Below are positions 12,810 through 26,800 of a stretch of 64,000 bases of DNA, in pieces. Below the pieces are notes generated by a model. It was not told the origin of the DNA. It saw nothing but the letters and a program-made list of their open reading frames with translations, and did no database searches. Numbering within the stretch: the first letter of the stretch is position 1; each line of letters begins with the position of its first letter. The stretch is from Trichosphaerium sp. ATCC 40318 (taxonomy: Eukaryota; Protista; Tubulinea), in NCBI GenBank assembly GCA_038496445.1, contig JALMLS010000577.1:992001-1056000 (forward strand), written 5' to 3'. Position numbers and translations under genes: made by a program.

Positions 12810-15800
12810 CTAATACCGTTGGTAACGTTTTCGCCTCTTAAATTCATCACTAGAGGATCTATCATAGGTATCATAACGGTCCCCCGACCACCCACTACTT
12901 CCACCATCTCCATGAGACCTCGACGTATCGTAGGACGTTGAACGATACGTATCACCTTGGTTGTAATCGTGTGATGAAGATCGCCTTCCGTTGCTTCGAT
13001 TATCGCTCCAAGATTGCCCCTGATTAGAGTAATGCCGTGTCCGTCCGTTATAACTGTCATAGTCGCTTGAACTCCGATTATAAGGACTATGAGATCGATG
13101 TTGATCACGCTGTGCACTATGAGAGTGATATGACTTGTCGTCATAACCATTGTAGCTTTTTGAGGAGCTGTAATTACGTTCTGACTGAGAGGAACCGTAA
13201 TTGCTACTACTAGTAGACTGATGGCTACGAGTTCCATTATGTCCCGGAGATGCAGTCTCATGCGTTCGAGGCCGCCAATCTTGATCACTACGAGTGCTAT
13301 TGTACCGACTGCTTGAAGTATACTCGGGTTTATACGCTGTACTGTACGTAGATGATGTAGATTTTTCAGGTTCCCTACTTGGCTGTACAGGAGCAGTTTT
13401 TGACGACAGAAAGTGTGGATCGTAAGCACCAGCACTTCTAGAGCTCGTTGTCTGTCGCTTTGGCGTGTAGGTAGTTGTAGATCGGTAAATCGATTGAGAA
13501 GTACTACGCTCTGGATCGTATTGGGAACTTCTCTCGGAGCTGTTGTTGGAGTAACTTGAACGGCTTGATGTTGACCGAGATGGAGAATAAGGTTTAGGAG
13601 CATCGCGATCTTTATGATGAGAATGAGTCGGTGTATATGACTCCCGAGATGGTTTGTAGCTTGAAGTATAAGAGTCTCGAGGGGATTCATGCCGCCGACT
13701 GTATGTCTCATCTCGGTACCGCTTTGGAGACGTACGCGAACGACTATCATAACCATTTGAGGTTGGTTGCACATAGTTGCTAGTACGACTTTCGCTTTTA
13801 GGTCTACGTGGATCTGATACTCTGCTGTTAGTGTTTGTAGAAACATTATAACCGTTAGTTTGGGTTTGTGTTTCAACAGGTAACCGCACTGGCTCTGGGC
13901 TGACTTTTCTTGTTCCAGAATTCTGTGATGTTGAATATCGTTGACGAGAAATATCTTCGGAAGCACGAGGTGGAGCTGAAACAGCGGCACTACGCGTTGG
14001 TACAATATTTGTCCGATGAGATAGGTTAACCTTAGGCGCTTGCGTTCGAACCACAGAAGGTTTCTTTACAGCGTGATGCAATATAGAAGTTGGTGTTCTC
14101 TTGTTCAAGGAAGGCTTTTGTATAGGCGTCTTAATAGGAGTCTTTGTTGGTGTAGGTGTGATAGTAGCACGCTTAACTCTAGAAGGAGAAGGTGCGCCCT
14201 TTTTAATAGTAATGAGTTTGTTAGATCTGACAGCTGGAATAGTATTTGGAACAGATATATTCCTAACTGTTGTCTTTTTCATCGTTTTTGTTGTTGTTAC
14301 GTTCTTAGGCGAAGATGATAAAGTACCAGATTTACTTGGTGAGTCTCTATGCGCAATCTTTGGTCGAGTAACCGTTGTTTTAGGTGACCCTTTTCTTATA
14401 ATAACCTTTGCCATACGCATCTTCTCAGCTTCTAAACGCCAGTTTTTCTTTGGTGGCAGCACAATGTTATCATCAAGTTCTGCAGATTCTGACCAAAGCT
14501 TTGTAGTTGTTGTTGAACTCGCTCTACCACTTGCAGGCTTTCGAGGCTTTGTTTTAGCTTTTATAGGGCTTTTCTTGATTTGTGTAAAAACTTTATCATC
14601 ATCACTATCACTATCAAAAGATACTTCTGAACTATCCGAAGTTGTATCTTCTACAACTAAAGGGGTCAGTTTAAGTTTGAAAAAAAAATGATTTCGCGAC
14701 AAAAAAGCTTTTAGGCTCAGTAATCTTCATACCAACAGGTTGTACAGCAGGCCGCCGACCCCTCCTTCGGCTTTTTGGAAGAGCTTCTTCTGATGTGTAT
14801 TCACTACTCGAGGTACTCCCAAGCTCTTGTAATTTATGCTTTTCTGATTCCCTCTGAATTAATATCGCATTAAATGTAACATTAGGAGCTTGCTTCCAGC
14901 TTGACCACACCTACAAAAAACCAAAAAAATCAATATTGATTTCTCACGTTATTATTATTCTTCAAATCTCACCTTATGTATCCGAGCGTCCATTTCTTTA
15001 GTTGAAAAATTAGTAACGGGCGGTCTTGTGAATAACGATGTGTCTAAAATATGTGCATTGTTCGTGTTTTCTCTTTTATCTCGTAAAGTCCTCAGGCGGG
15101 CTAAAACTTGTTCTAAGCGCTCTTTCTTAGCTTCAACAGTCCTATTAGGACGAATTCGCCTTGGCTTGTTCACGCGTAAGTAGAAATGCTACGTATTTTT
15201 ACTTGTTTTAGCCTTACCACTGGTAATCGCTCACCAAAGTCCATATCACGCGATATAGCATCTTTTGCGTGCTTGAGAGCTTGTTTTTTGATGTACTTCC
15301 AAAACCCAACATACCAGAATTCTGTTAACGTGGCACCAGCTACGAGAGGTAAATAAGGATGAAAAAAAATCTAAATACAACCGCCTAAGTAGTAGAAAAA
15401 ATGAACAGCAATTTTTTTTCTAATTTGGCCGTTATGAAACCACTACCAAATAACGCTTGGTCATCAAGAAGGAATTCTATTAATGCTATTTTTTTTTTTT
15501 CAGCGGCCGTACGTTTTAACTTATAATCACGTAATTCCATCCCTACAACACCAATAAATACAACAACCTTGATAGTATCATTAACGCACAAACACTACTA
15601 CTCTCGCTTGGCTCATTATTTGTTTTTGATTTAGGTCGTGGACCTAAAAACGTCAAAACATTAACAACAACCAATGTAATAATAATAAAAAAAAACATGG
15701 ACTCACCTCGTTTTGCTTTCACCTCAGTCTTAGCAGTCTGTTGAACCTTCGTGCTTGGTTTTTTTACTTTAGGTTGAGCTAAACTAGAACTAGAACCTCC

Positions 15801-16870
15801 ATGCTGCTCAATCTGTCCATTTCCAACTGCACTATGGTCGACATTGCGGCTTCGTAACGTCGGTGTTGGCACTTTTTTTTTTGCTGTCCTTGTTCTTCTT
15901 GTTGAGCTACGAGAACTCCTCAATCTGCGCTGTACAGAGTGTGAATCAATGTTTTCATCCAAAGTAAGAATTACAACTAAGATAAAAAATGTTTCAAAGG
16001 CCAAAAAAAAGCAAAGCGCCTTCCAAAATTCGTTAACTTTGATTCTTTTGTTGGAAAAATTGCCTTGAAGAAGACAAAATTTTCCATGATTTTTAGGCGC
16101 CAATAGGATATAAATACGTCCGCATGTATGGTTTCGTGTTGTGTAAAGTGATAAAAAGTCCAATGGTGGCATTGTAAAGTAGAAAATTGATGTTTTTTGT
16201 TTTGTGGCACACCACAATTAAATATTGAGCCAAAAACAAGTGTGGGTATTTGTGTTGGTGCTTGTGCATGTCATTTGGGCATTGTTGAAGTGTTTAGCGG
16301 CAAAAAATTGTTTACCTTTCCGCCACTTTGGATGATCTCAAGGATCCGCTTCTGTTCTTCTATCATCTCCCTACTAAGAACACCATCGCTTTCTTCGCCT
16401 GTACGCAATTTTAGTCCGCGTTGGCGCCTGCAGTGTGCTACAAAATAATTTTTGGTCGAAGAATTATTTGTACTACACGAGATTGCAATGAATGAATTAC
16501 CTGACGAATCTACATAACTGTCGGCTGGTGCAGATGATTTCTAGAATTTTAAGTAAGTTGTAACGTTGAGATACATAACATAGGCACACATGGGCGTTAT
16601 CAGAGGTGAGGTTAGCTACATTAGAGTTTTTTATTGCTGGTAGGCGCGCAAAAAATAATTTAAGCTCAATAATGGTAAACGCACCTTATTAATACCGGAA
16701 GAAGAGCTAGTTTCAGGATCTCTGCTTATTCTTTGTCGTTTTGGTTTTGGGGTTTTTAGAATGTCTTCCACTTGAGCAGGAGAGGCTACATTGGTCATAA
16801 CACCGTCACTGGATGAATTGGCGGGTATCTTCCTCTTTCTGCTCTTCGTTGGTGATACGAGCATGTTCAT
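12810..16870 (-). CDS. Large basic low-complexity (K/T/P then S/R/Y-rich) multi-exon protein of unknown function
   Basis: 630-codon terminal ORF 12810-14702 plus upstream exon-like ORFs (14700-14910, 14955-15340, 15580-15930, 16300-16440, 16680-16870). It may represent more than one gene. Confidence 0.55.
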
Positions 16871-17191
16871 CTACATTCGAGTGGCGTCTACTACCCAAAC
16901 AACGCACATTAAGGAGAATTTGACGAAAGTTGACCCAACCGATAATAGCGCTGGTGCTCAAAACCAAAAATACACCTACACTTCGCCAAAAAGCTATTGT
17001 GACCCTCCCTAGTTGATGTAAAACAAATGTTTTAACGGTGAACACGTAGACATCGAGCGACTGGAATAGTACAATTCGAGAGCCACCTGTTTCATAGTGG
17101 TCTCTCACGTACTGACACCTAACCTGAAGCTTTTGGAAAAGTGACTTAACCTATTTTGCAAGCAAACTTAGTAGAACACAATTCAACAGGT

Positions 17192-18517
17192 ATGAGCGAC
17201 ACTCTTCAATTACGCGGACTTTTGCAAGGACACAGCGGATGGGTTACATCTATCGCTACAACCCAAGAGGGCAGCGACATGATTCTCTCATCTTCAAGAG
17301 GTACAAATTGCAAACTTTCTTAAAAACTAATAAAACTAGATAAGAGCATCCTTGTCTGGAACCTTACGCGCGATGTAAACATCAACGATTACGGATATGC
17401 CCGTAAAGCACTTTTGGGGTCAGATTTCTTTTGTGTTTCGCAAAACGCTTACTTTCGCTTTAGACATACTCATTTCGTCGAAGATGTTGTTATCTCATCT
17501 GATGGTCACTTCGCTTTGTCTGCTTCATGGGGTGAGAAGAAAAAATCCAGATCGCGTACTAATAGCGTAAATAGACGGTAGATTGCGTTTGTGGGATTTG
17601 GCTTACGGTACCACCGCCAGAAGATTTTTGGGTCACACCAAAGTACGTTTAAAGCACTACCAGCAATTTTTAATAGGCGTAGGACGTTCTCAGCGTTGCT
17701 TTCTCCCCAGACAATCGCCAAATCGTTTCTGGATCCAGAGATAAAACAATCAAGCTCTGGAATACTCTCGGTGAGTGCAAATACACCATCGATGAGCAAC
17801 AAAACGGCTCCCACGGCGACTGGGTTTCTTGCGTTAGATTTTCACCAAACACTAACAACCCAATCATTGTTTCCAGCGGATGGGACAAAGTTGTAAAGGT
17901 ACGCTACAATTAACCAAATTGGACACCGTCAATTAGAATGACAAGAATTGTTATTTGAAACAAATTTATTTGTACCTTTTTGATTGCCATTAACCTCTTT
18001 TACCAGGTATGGAACCTCACCAACTGCAAATTGCGAACCAACCTCACTGGACACACCGGTTACATCAACACCGTCACTGTATCTCCAGATGGTTCCTTGT
18101 GCGCCTCTGGTGGTAAGGACGGTACCGCTATGTTGTGGGATCTCAACGAGGGTAAACACTTGTACTCTTTGGATGCTGGTGATATCATCAATTGCTTGAC
18201 TTTCAGCCCTAACCGTTACTGGTTGTGTGCTGGTACTGAGAGCTCCATCAAGGTTTGGGATTTGGAATCTAAGAAGGTTGTATTCAACTTGAACAAGAAC
18301 CACCCTAACTTCCAATCTACTCTTCGTACGTTTACTCATTTTTTTTTTTGGACAAGAAAACCGTTTTTTATTTCGTTTGTTCGTTTGCTTATTTTTCTTT
18401 TTAGCTACTACTGCTTGTACTTGCTTGTCGTGGTCTGCAGATGGATCTTCCCTATTTTCTGGCTGGACTGATGGTAACATTCGCGTCTGGGCCGCTATGC
18501 CTGCTGCTTTGGGTTAA
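17192..18517 (+). CDS. RACK1: RACK1 / G-beta-like WD40 ribosomal scaffold protein (multi-exon)
   Basis: [45 protein letters not shown]|[44 protein letters not shown]. Confidence 0.95.
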
Positions 18518-18888
18518 TTGTTCTAATTACTCAAAAAAAATAAAAAATAAAATAATTAAAGTACACCTGTCCTGTTAATTCCAATAGTTCGCAATCAATA
18601 CCCGTGTTACAGCTTCCTTGTGTAAAGTGCAACGACACTTGTCTCAACTAGCAAGCTTAATTACTAAGATTCGGAGCAACAGAACTTGGTGTACATGCAT
18701 GTCACATTTTGTTGTTTTTTGCCACGTGTACATCATTAAAAGTAGTTCTTCAGGGTCGCAACGCGCTTGGTTTTCGTACCGCTTGTTCGTCTATTCGTTT
18801 AATTATCGCAAGATACTTGATTTAGCTGGAGATTCCGTTGAATTTCAATAACATTTTAAGTAAGGCTTTTTGACACAAACGAATAAAA

Positions 18889-20232
18889 ATGGACACCTGC
18901 AGCAACGAGGTCATACAGTTGATTATAGCGCAAATACCAGAATCATACCAAGTTGTTTGTCTTCATGTATCAAAGTTATTTAGAACGTTTGCGGATAAGC
19001 TAACACCTGATTTGTTATTTGCGTACAACATGTTGCTTGTAGAGGCAGCTCGAGATGGTCATAAAGAAGCGTGTATTTTCGCAAAAGAGCGTGGAGCGTT
19101 AGAATTCACGGTAGCGCACCAACGTGCTAAAAAAAACGGCCACGACGCTATTTGCGCTTTATTGTTGGAATGGGGCGCCGTTACAGCAGAAACCGTCAAG
19201 CCAGGTAACACTTACGCGGTATGTGCTGGTGGGAGCTGGTTTAAAGGCCAAATAAAACATTGCAGTATGGATGGCACTTTCATCGTAAAAGACATGGACT
19301 CGTCTTCGTTTATGGACACTTACCATGGTATCACGCCGTCTTCATTGGCTGTAAACGACAGGGACGCATGGAAACATATGGAAAAGCATTTCTGGCCAAA
19401 TGCAAAGTACAACGCTTCCTTCTTGGCTACATTTGTTAAAAAACTGGCAGGACAAGTAATACCGATGGACAAATGTAGGGATTATTGGTCTGCTAGGTGT
19501 CAATCGATTTTTGAGATACCAGAAGCAGAGGCTCCAACAGCAGAGTTGACAGCTGATCAAATGTATAATTTTGTGATAAAAATGGAGTACTCATCAAGAG
19601 CTCTTTACAGTAAACCGTTCAAATCACGTTATTTCGAGCTGTACTGGAATCAAACCAGAATGGGTGGTCGCGATCCTGATATTGTTTCTCGTGTCGTAAC
19701 CGTAGAAGACGCTGTTGAGGCACTCGGTGCAGAACTTACAGATGTTGATGAAGAAGCTGAACCTCATTTTATGGATCAAGAGAAAAAAAATGGTATTGTC
19801 ATTCCAGCTTCTGTAAAGAAACTTCTTTCGTGCCCTGGAGTAGCTACTGGGTTCTTTAAGACGCACTCTAACAATCCATATATGATTAAACTTGAGGAGT
19901 GTATCGTAAAGGAGAATTCGGATGAATTACGAGAGCAAACAAAAAGTTTAAAAAAATACACATTGCCTTTCGCTAGACCGCACCAGGGTAGTTGGGAATG
20001 GGTTGTTTGCTTTGATTCGGGAGATGAAGATGCAAGTGTTTGGATGGAGAATAGCAATGAACGTAAAACACTTGTTGCACCTACCATGCAAATGTTTTTA
20101 TGGGATTTAGCTCAAACAGGTTTATGTTGGTGGTATGCTTTGGACTCTAAAGATACAGAGTTTGAGTTGAAAAAAACGGATATAGGCGTTGCATCCTCTA
20201 CAAAGCCATTCGTATCCCCAAAGAATTGGTAG
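18889..20232 (+). CDS. Intronless protein with an F-box/ankyrin-like N-terminus and a C-terminal SMI1/KNR4 (SUKH)-like domain
   Basis: 447-aa ORF containing EAARDGHKEAC/AKKNGHDAIC ankyrin-like motifs and EKKNGIVIPASVKKLL...PFARPHQGSWEWVVCFD...VAPTMQMFL. Confidence 0.6.
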   Translation: MDTCSNEVIQLIIAQIPESYQVVCLHVSKLFRTFADKLTPDLLFAYNMLLVEAARDGHKEACIFAKERGALEFTVAHQRAKKNGHDAICALLLEWGAVTAETVKPGNTYAVCAGGSWFKGQIKHCSMDGTFIVKDMDSSSFMDTYHGITPSSLAVNDRDAWKHMEKHFWPNAKYNASFLATFVKKLAGQVIPMDKCRDYWSARCQSIFEIPEAEAPTAELTADQMYNFVIKMEYSSRALYSKPFKSRYFELYWNQTRMGGRDPDIVSRVVTVEDAVEALGAELTDVDEEAEPHFMDQEKKNGIVIPASVKKLLSCPGVATGFFKTHSNNPYMIKLEECIVKENSDELREQTKSLKKYTLPFARPHQGSWEWVVCFDSGDEDASVWMENSNERKTLVAPTMQMFLWDLAQTGLCWWYALDSKDTEFELKKTDIGVASSTKPFVSPKNW

Positions 20233-20510
20233 AAGGTTTTATCAGCAATAAATACTGCTTTCTAAGCATGTAGTTTGCGTGATTGTTCTCGTGCCTAGTT
20301 TTCCATTTTATCAATCTACAGCTGAGTTTGTTACACAGTCTACGTGCGTTCTTGTTTACGTTGACTTGAGTTTCAAACAAAAGCACGTGAATCACATTTT
20401 TTTATTAAGTGATGTTAAGTTAGTGCTTTCGCATGTACAAATATCAGTTAGCAAATACATAGGAAGCATCAATGTGGGAGGAAAATAAGCACCCTTTGAA
20501 GGAAACAATA

Positions 20511-21323
20511 ATGGCGTACGCCTCCGGTGGATTGGTGAGTACTTTTACGTTTAGCTCTAGAGCTCGTTGCTGTTGAGTTACCGGCTCCTAGAGCCAAGGA
20601 AAGTTAGAATTAGCTTTTACAAGTTAGAAAATTAAGCTCCTTGTATTAACGCGCATAGTTCGCCATCGCTTGGTGGATATGGATTGACGCCGCTACAGTC
20701 GACGCGCATCTCGAATGGAACACCATTCAACCTGGGCACTATTTTCCTGGCGTTTTTGCCACAATCGCGTTGATTATGGTTAATCTTGTCAGTTGGACAG
20801 ACTTAGACGGCTTTGGTTTTGGTGACGACGGTTCTCAAAAAAGGCATGATTATTTTGTTCCTATAGAGGTGAGAATACCGTGTAATTAATTTAAAACGTT
20901 AGGACGCGTTTTTGGCTTTTTGGTTCGTTTTCAATAATGTTTGGAGCACTTTTCGCCGCTGTGTGGCTTGGTATTGATCACTGGTACGTTAACGCCAATT
21001 GTAAATTGACGTTTGAAAATTGAATATTTGAAAAAAAAGAGTTTTGACCTTTCCTCAGGTTCATGAAGAAGGATGTACCAAATTCATGGCCTGGTATTGC
21101 TCTCATACTTGAAAATGTTATTATCATGTGCAGGTACGCTCATTTACGAATGCTTCTGAAAAAAAGAGCCTCAAAAGACTTTGTTTGGTGATTTTTTTTA
21201 ACACTCTTGTAGTGCTCTCATGTATCGTTTCGCAAAGACGCCTGGTGACGTACGTGTTCAACAAATTATTGATTATAGGCTTACCCTAACATTTTTTTCT
21301 TACAGGACTACATGTCACTTTAA
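20511..21323 (+). CDS. TMEM50/Vps68 (UPF0220) family membrane protein
   Basis: Spliced reading YASGGL|FAIAWWIWIDA...FPGVFATIALIMVNLVS...RTRFWLF...WPGIALILENVIIMCSALMYRF. The start may lie further upstream. Confidence 0.8.
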
Positions 21324-21497
21324 GATGAGCCACAATCTCAAGCTCTACAGTGTAAATACAAGATTTTGTACCTACGATCAGTAAAAAAAATCTACAACTT
21401 CCTTAGCGTATGTTTATGAGGAGAGGATTCCACAACGTTTGCGTTGTTAAAGACCTTAATCACAGTCATAAGTCAGTTAATTTTATTGGTCCGTATA

Positions 21498-22280
21498 ATG
21501 TTACGTTTCAGTTCGTGTGCTACTCGTAAAGCAGTTAGCTGCCGCGTAGTACGTGCTACTGTGACACCCAAAAGGCATTGTACAGCATATTGGAAAGATG
21601 CTTCAAGCTACCCAAAAGCCGCAAGTACGTCATCCGTTATACGTATAGTACTAATTATACGAAGCTTCCTACAAAAAACATTGTATTCTACAATACCACT
21701 ACACAAGCGACTATTTTCAAGCTAGGTAAGCGTGATTTCGCCATTTCATAATCATTTATCAAGAATAGGCGAAAATACCGCAAAGATCACATAGCACATG
21801 CTAAAAATTGCCCCCAAGCACGTATAGCGGGTGTTTGCACAGAAGTACGTTAATTGTACAATTTAATTTCAAAACAGCCAGTGACTATCCTTCTAACCAT
21901 TCATAGCACTCTAAAATGCTTAACGACAGCGCACACAGGGTACTAAAAATCTCAACAATAGAATCAGTTATTGCTCACTAAAAAAAACCGTTTAGACAGA
22001 TGATGCACCAACAGCTTGCTTCCTTTTTGAGACAGCAGACCGTACTATACCTGAAAACTTTGCAAAAGCAGACCCTTATGTTATTAACGGTTTGGTTACT
22101 TTTTGGGAAGTTAGAGAGGCTGATACATTTGTTGATTCCCGTCACGAGGAAGAACAACGTGCAGCAAAAGCTGCAGAGTCTGAAAAAATAGCTAAGGAAT
22201 TTCAGGAAGAAAAAAACAAGGAGAAAGAACAGCTTGATAAAGTAGCACAAACTCTAAACAGAATAAGTAACGCTCGTTAA
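21498..22280 (+). CDS. YciI-like protein with a putative mitochondrial presequence
   Basis: R/S-rich N-terminus MLRFSSCATRKAVSCRVVR, then RKYRKDHIAHA...RIAG and FAKADPYVINGLVTFWEVRE motifs. Confidence 0.7.
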
Positions 22281-22595
22281 AAGAAAGAGGGTGCACGCTC
22301 AACTGTTAAGGTCATTGGCCTATGCCTTCAACAATAAAGGTTTCCCTATACAATAGCATGAGTGAAAAATAAACAAATTTTGACACGCACGTGACAAATG
22401 TAGTAATGTTCGCTTCCGAGGTGATGTAGCGCTTAAACCTTCAAAGCTTATTCTAGGGTCGTTCTAATGGATACCAAAACATATTCATTTTTGCACGAAC
22501 AGTTTCTGATTTTAGACAGAACCAATTTAGTTTGTACCTGACTTAACATAGTGATCATACGGTTTTTTTTTTGTTATTGCTCTGTAAATAGTACT

Positions 22596-24605
22596 ATGTC
22601 TAGCCACCTCGAAAGCGTACAGCGTATAACGTTCCAATGTGGAGAATTTGAATTCTCGCTGTCTGAAGATGCTCTAGAAGATCACCCTTCATCGCTGTTC
22701 GCTACAAAGCACAATTTCGACGCTGTGGCTAGCGGTGATAACCATTCTAGCGCTATTTTGGAATTGGAGGAAAACAGGTACGTAAATAGCCTAGGATTGT
22801 ACACAAATCTCTAAAATTGCTCTCTATGAATTACTCGAAAGCAATTGGGAAGAACGAGCTAATGAGCCACAGGTTTTCTCCATTTCTCATTGATATAGTA
22901 AGTGTAATCAATACAGGGAAGACTGCAGGCGTTATAAAAGATCCTATAGCGTTTTTACACTCTGCAGACTATTATGGCGTAGATGTGTACTGTGATAACA
23001 TGCGCTTGTCTTTTAGTATGTTATACGCGTTTAAGTCAATCTTTAATTAATTTTTCTTCAGAGGACAGATTAAAGTTCGAAAGTATAGAAGCAATGTTCT
23101 TAGATATACGAGAAATGTGGTCAGGCCTAATTGATATTCTTCGTCAGAGTGTATGAGCTGTACTATTTTTATTTTTAGAGTTTTTCTATCTATCTAGTTC
23201 GTGTATGTACCAACTTGTGGTACTTTTGTTTATCGAAAGGACATAATCATTTCGGCCATTTATGGTAATATGATTATCCAAAAAAAAAGCTCGATTCATC
23301 CATAAAAACACCAGAATTTCCATTTCTGATTTTGATTTTTACTTTAGGCCAAAACTGGGGAGATATACATAACTGTATGTTTTGTTGACGATCCTTCTGA
23401 GAGATACAGTGATGAACCACATCGTACTTATGTATACCTATCAAGGTACGACTAGTATTTCAAAGACTTTTTTGGCTTCATTTCAAACATGAACTGTTCC
23501 TTCCCGTAATTCGCACCCTTCATATAACAAAGAAAAAAACATTAATTTGATAAATGTTACATATGTATGAGGTGTGAAGATTCCATTGTATTTATTAGTG
23601 AGGCAAAGCAATTTGCTAACAACAAATCTCTTTTTTTTATTATTGTCTATGTTTGCTACTGGCTTAACTATTGCATTAGTGAACGATATGATTTCTTACA
23701 TTCAAAGTTTGGACGAGCTGCTTGCAAGAGTTATCTAGCTACACATGAATTGGCATGTACTTTACTAGCTAAACTTAAGTGTAGACTACTTTTTAACTGG
23801 TAACTAGGGTATTACTTTCACAAAAAAGAGCAAATGTACACCAAATCTACATTTAAAAATTGCATGGAGTAAATCTAAAGGAACAAGTGAACAACAAATA
23901 GAGGCAATTAATGGCCGATTTTGGGAATTTAAAAGTAAAGGTATTACAGTGAACACGTTTTGGTTTTTTTTTTATCACGTGCGTGAATAACAATTTAATT
24001 TTTTTTTTGTAAAGCCCAGGAGTTATGGGCGTTAGCAGTACATGCGATGTGGACAGTAGTATTACCTAATATACAGAAACGTGTATCAGAACAATTACTT
24101 AAAAAAGCAAAGTGTGGAAATGATGAGTTTACTATATTTGTTACATCTAGGTATAAACATGAGATACAAGACTTACCTATTTGTGATTGTATAATATGCG
24201 GGTACTTAAAAATCAATCAATTCTGGCTTGGTGTTCATTTTCAAAGTTACACAATGCACAATCCCTTTGGTGAAAAAAGTGAATGTTTTTTTCCTTATTT
24301 GAAACTGTTTTCTAATACGTCTTCTCTTAGTGATGGTACTACATCCAATATGTTTGGTGATGATGCTGGTTGTGATTATGCAGTAGAGATATTCACAATG
24401 TGGTTAACAACTTCGTTTGAAGTGGTAGGACAACAATAAACTCTTTTGTATTTACTAACAGAATATTTTATAGGTTGTTGCAGTAGACAAAATTGAAAAA
24501 CAATCTTGTTTCGGAACAGGTAAATTTGATACTCTCATGTTTACATTGTATATACCCATGTGTTCACAAGAGGAAATGGAAGAGTTAGTACCCCTGTATC
24601 AGTAA
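22596..24605 (+). CDS. BTB/POZ (KCTD-like) domain protein, multi-exon
   Basis: ITFQCGEFEFSLSEDALEDHPSSLF...FLHSADYYGV resembles a BTB fold. Downstream exons extend to ~24605 (approximate). Confidence 0.5.
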
Positions 24606-25219
24606 AATAGAGTGTAAAATAAAACAAAAAAAAACTCGATTATCTTAGCTATGTTTTTTTAAATGTGCACTGTTGTCCTGCATGGTCGTACAATTCTGTG
24701 TCCCGTGGCCTTGATGTCATGATACACAACCTCTCGTTAAGAACATCGTGTCAGTTTCTAAGCAATCGGCAAAGGGAGCCTGATTCCTGACTGCCGTTAA
24801 GCCTGTATTCAGAAGAACTACATTGCCAAACCTAAAAAAACGTGGCTCCTACAGTTATTTCTACTTTGGGAGTTACCAAGTAACCCAACACGTGGTGAAC
24901 AAGAAGTAGTTATTTCGCCAGTTATTTTTCGCTCTGGAAGCACTTTATTTGTTGTAGTATCCATTGGAGCACTTTGTAAGAGAAAAAAAAAAGATGAAAT
25001 AACTAGTTGACTAACTTGACTGAAACGGATAATACATACTATTGGTACAACGCCACACGAACTGAATAACAAAGAAGTGACGCAACGGGTCTATTAACTA
25101 TAAACATGGTTTAATATACGTTAAATCATTTATTTACACAGTCCTTGAAGTTGACACGAGGAGTGAACCCGGTATTGAGCATTTGCTGGCTTTAGTTGCC
25201 GTTTGTTCTAAAAATACTG

Positions 25220-25540
25220 TCATTGTTGCCATAGAGAAACTACAAGGGCTCCAACTTCGTTTTCAACATCGCGTGGACATCCCCAAGTGTATCCGCGCGT
25301 GAATGAGTTTGTAGGTATCGCAAACCCTGTTGGCTGGTTTTCTTTTTCATAAGCCCATACTTCAGCTACGACACTACCCATGCCGTTTTTAACCTTATAT
25401 ATAGTTGTTGGCTCTGCTACCTTAGCCATACAACCATCAGTAGTGATTTTGCGTATTTTCTTCTTCAATTGCTGTAATTCATCGCTGCTTGCAAGTGTCT
25501 TCGTTGTTTCTCCAACAGTTATACTGTATGATCCACCCAT
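25220..25540 (-). CDS. Hypothetical protein (106 aa)
   Basis: ATG-initiated ORF with protein-like composition; no family recognised. Confidence 0.45.
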   Translation of the reverse strand: MGGSYSITVGETTKTLASSDELQQLKKKIRKITTDGCMAKVAEPTTIYKVKNGMGSVVAEVWAYEKENQPTGFAIPTNSFTRGYTWGCPRDVENEVGALVVSLWQQ

Positions 25541-25929
25541 GTCTTGTGTTTTTATACTCTGGGTTTAAGTACATACATTGTAGTAAATGATTTCAATGAA
25601 ATGGACAACAAAAAACCGAAAAAGTAGTATGTGTCTTTGATCAATTGGCAAATTGCAATATTTTATGTGTAGTTACGATACCATTTTTCACGTTTACAAT
25701 AATGTTGAAAACGATTTGTGTTTGCGCTAAGCCTGATTTTCGGGGTGGTTTGCGAGCATTGGTGCCCCTTTGTGCAACTCTGTAAGGTTTGCATTGGTGT
25801 ATCCCTATGGTGTACTTTACGTGAGGGTAGAGCAGAAAGGCACGTGTGCTATTTTTCACGTTGGGAAAGTCGGAACATTTCACTCATTATTGTTTGAGTC
25901 ACAAAAAGTAAGTTGCTTCTATAAGCGTA

Positions 25930-26800
25930 ATGGCGGATACCAATATATGGAAAGGCTTCTTTGATCCAGTGCAGTTTGATGCCAATGAAGTATGGCCTAA
26001 CTTGTGGCTTGGGAGCGAAATGGCTGCAGAAGATGTTGAAGGTTTAAAAAAGCGCCAAATTACATCTATGTTGAGCGTTGGGCCCTTTGTTGAGGCAGCA
26101 AAGGTGAATTTCAGTTGAAATCTGTGAAACCCGTTTAAATGAGCATAGAAATTAAGAAAATCGCATAAAAAGATAACGGTGATGAATATAAACGTTGAGG
26201 ATACAAGTGCCGCTAATCTACTCTCAGTGTTCCCTGAAGCTATAACTTACATCACAAACCGCATCAAGAGAGGTCCGATACTCGTTCACTGGTACCTAAA
26301 GGAAGAATACGCGTAAGTAACCGAAAGTCCATGCTTACGTTTAAAACAGCGCTGCAGGAATATCAAGATCAACTACAATAGTATTGGGTACGAAAGAACA
26401 GTCATAGCTAGCTCTACAGTCTATAAATTCCAAAATAACGTTTTTTTTAAGCATACTTGTTGTTCAGTTTTCGCTCTCATTTTGGAACCTACGACGAAGT
26501 ATGTATAGCATGGTTACCTTTTGCGTTAACTGGCCTCCATTTGAGGTTAACAGTATTGTGTTTAGGCACTAGAACATGTGCGCAAAGCTCGGAAGTTTGC
26601 TTCACCAAATTTTGGATTTAAAGTGCAACTTGAGGCTTTCATAGCCTCTGGTATAACAAATCTTTCAGATAAAGAAGCATTAGAAGAATTGTTTAAGAAG
26701 AAGAGTAAATACTCATTGAAAAAAGGGCCAAAGCCGGATGTAACATACATTGGTATGTCAATTTTCTCATAATTTTCTGGTCGCCATTTTAGTGAATCAC
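25930..26800 (+). CDS. Dual-specificity protein phosphatase
   Basis: EVWPNLWLGS, INVEDTSAANL, spliced active site VHC|AAGISRS, and RKFASPNFGFKVQL. End approximate. Confidence 0.9.

Noticed and set aside
12659-14005. 448-aa ORF overlapping the 630-aa ORF on the same strand (possible dual coding)
   Set aside because: It is the +1 frame of an S/R/T/Y-rich region lacking NTA/NTG codons, so stop codons are absent by composition.
17899-18007. snoRNA in a RACK1 intron (RACK1 genes often host C/D snoRNAs)
   Set aside because: Only degenerate boxes (ATGACAA, TTGA) are present and I recognise no rRNA guide.
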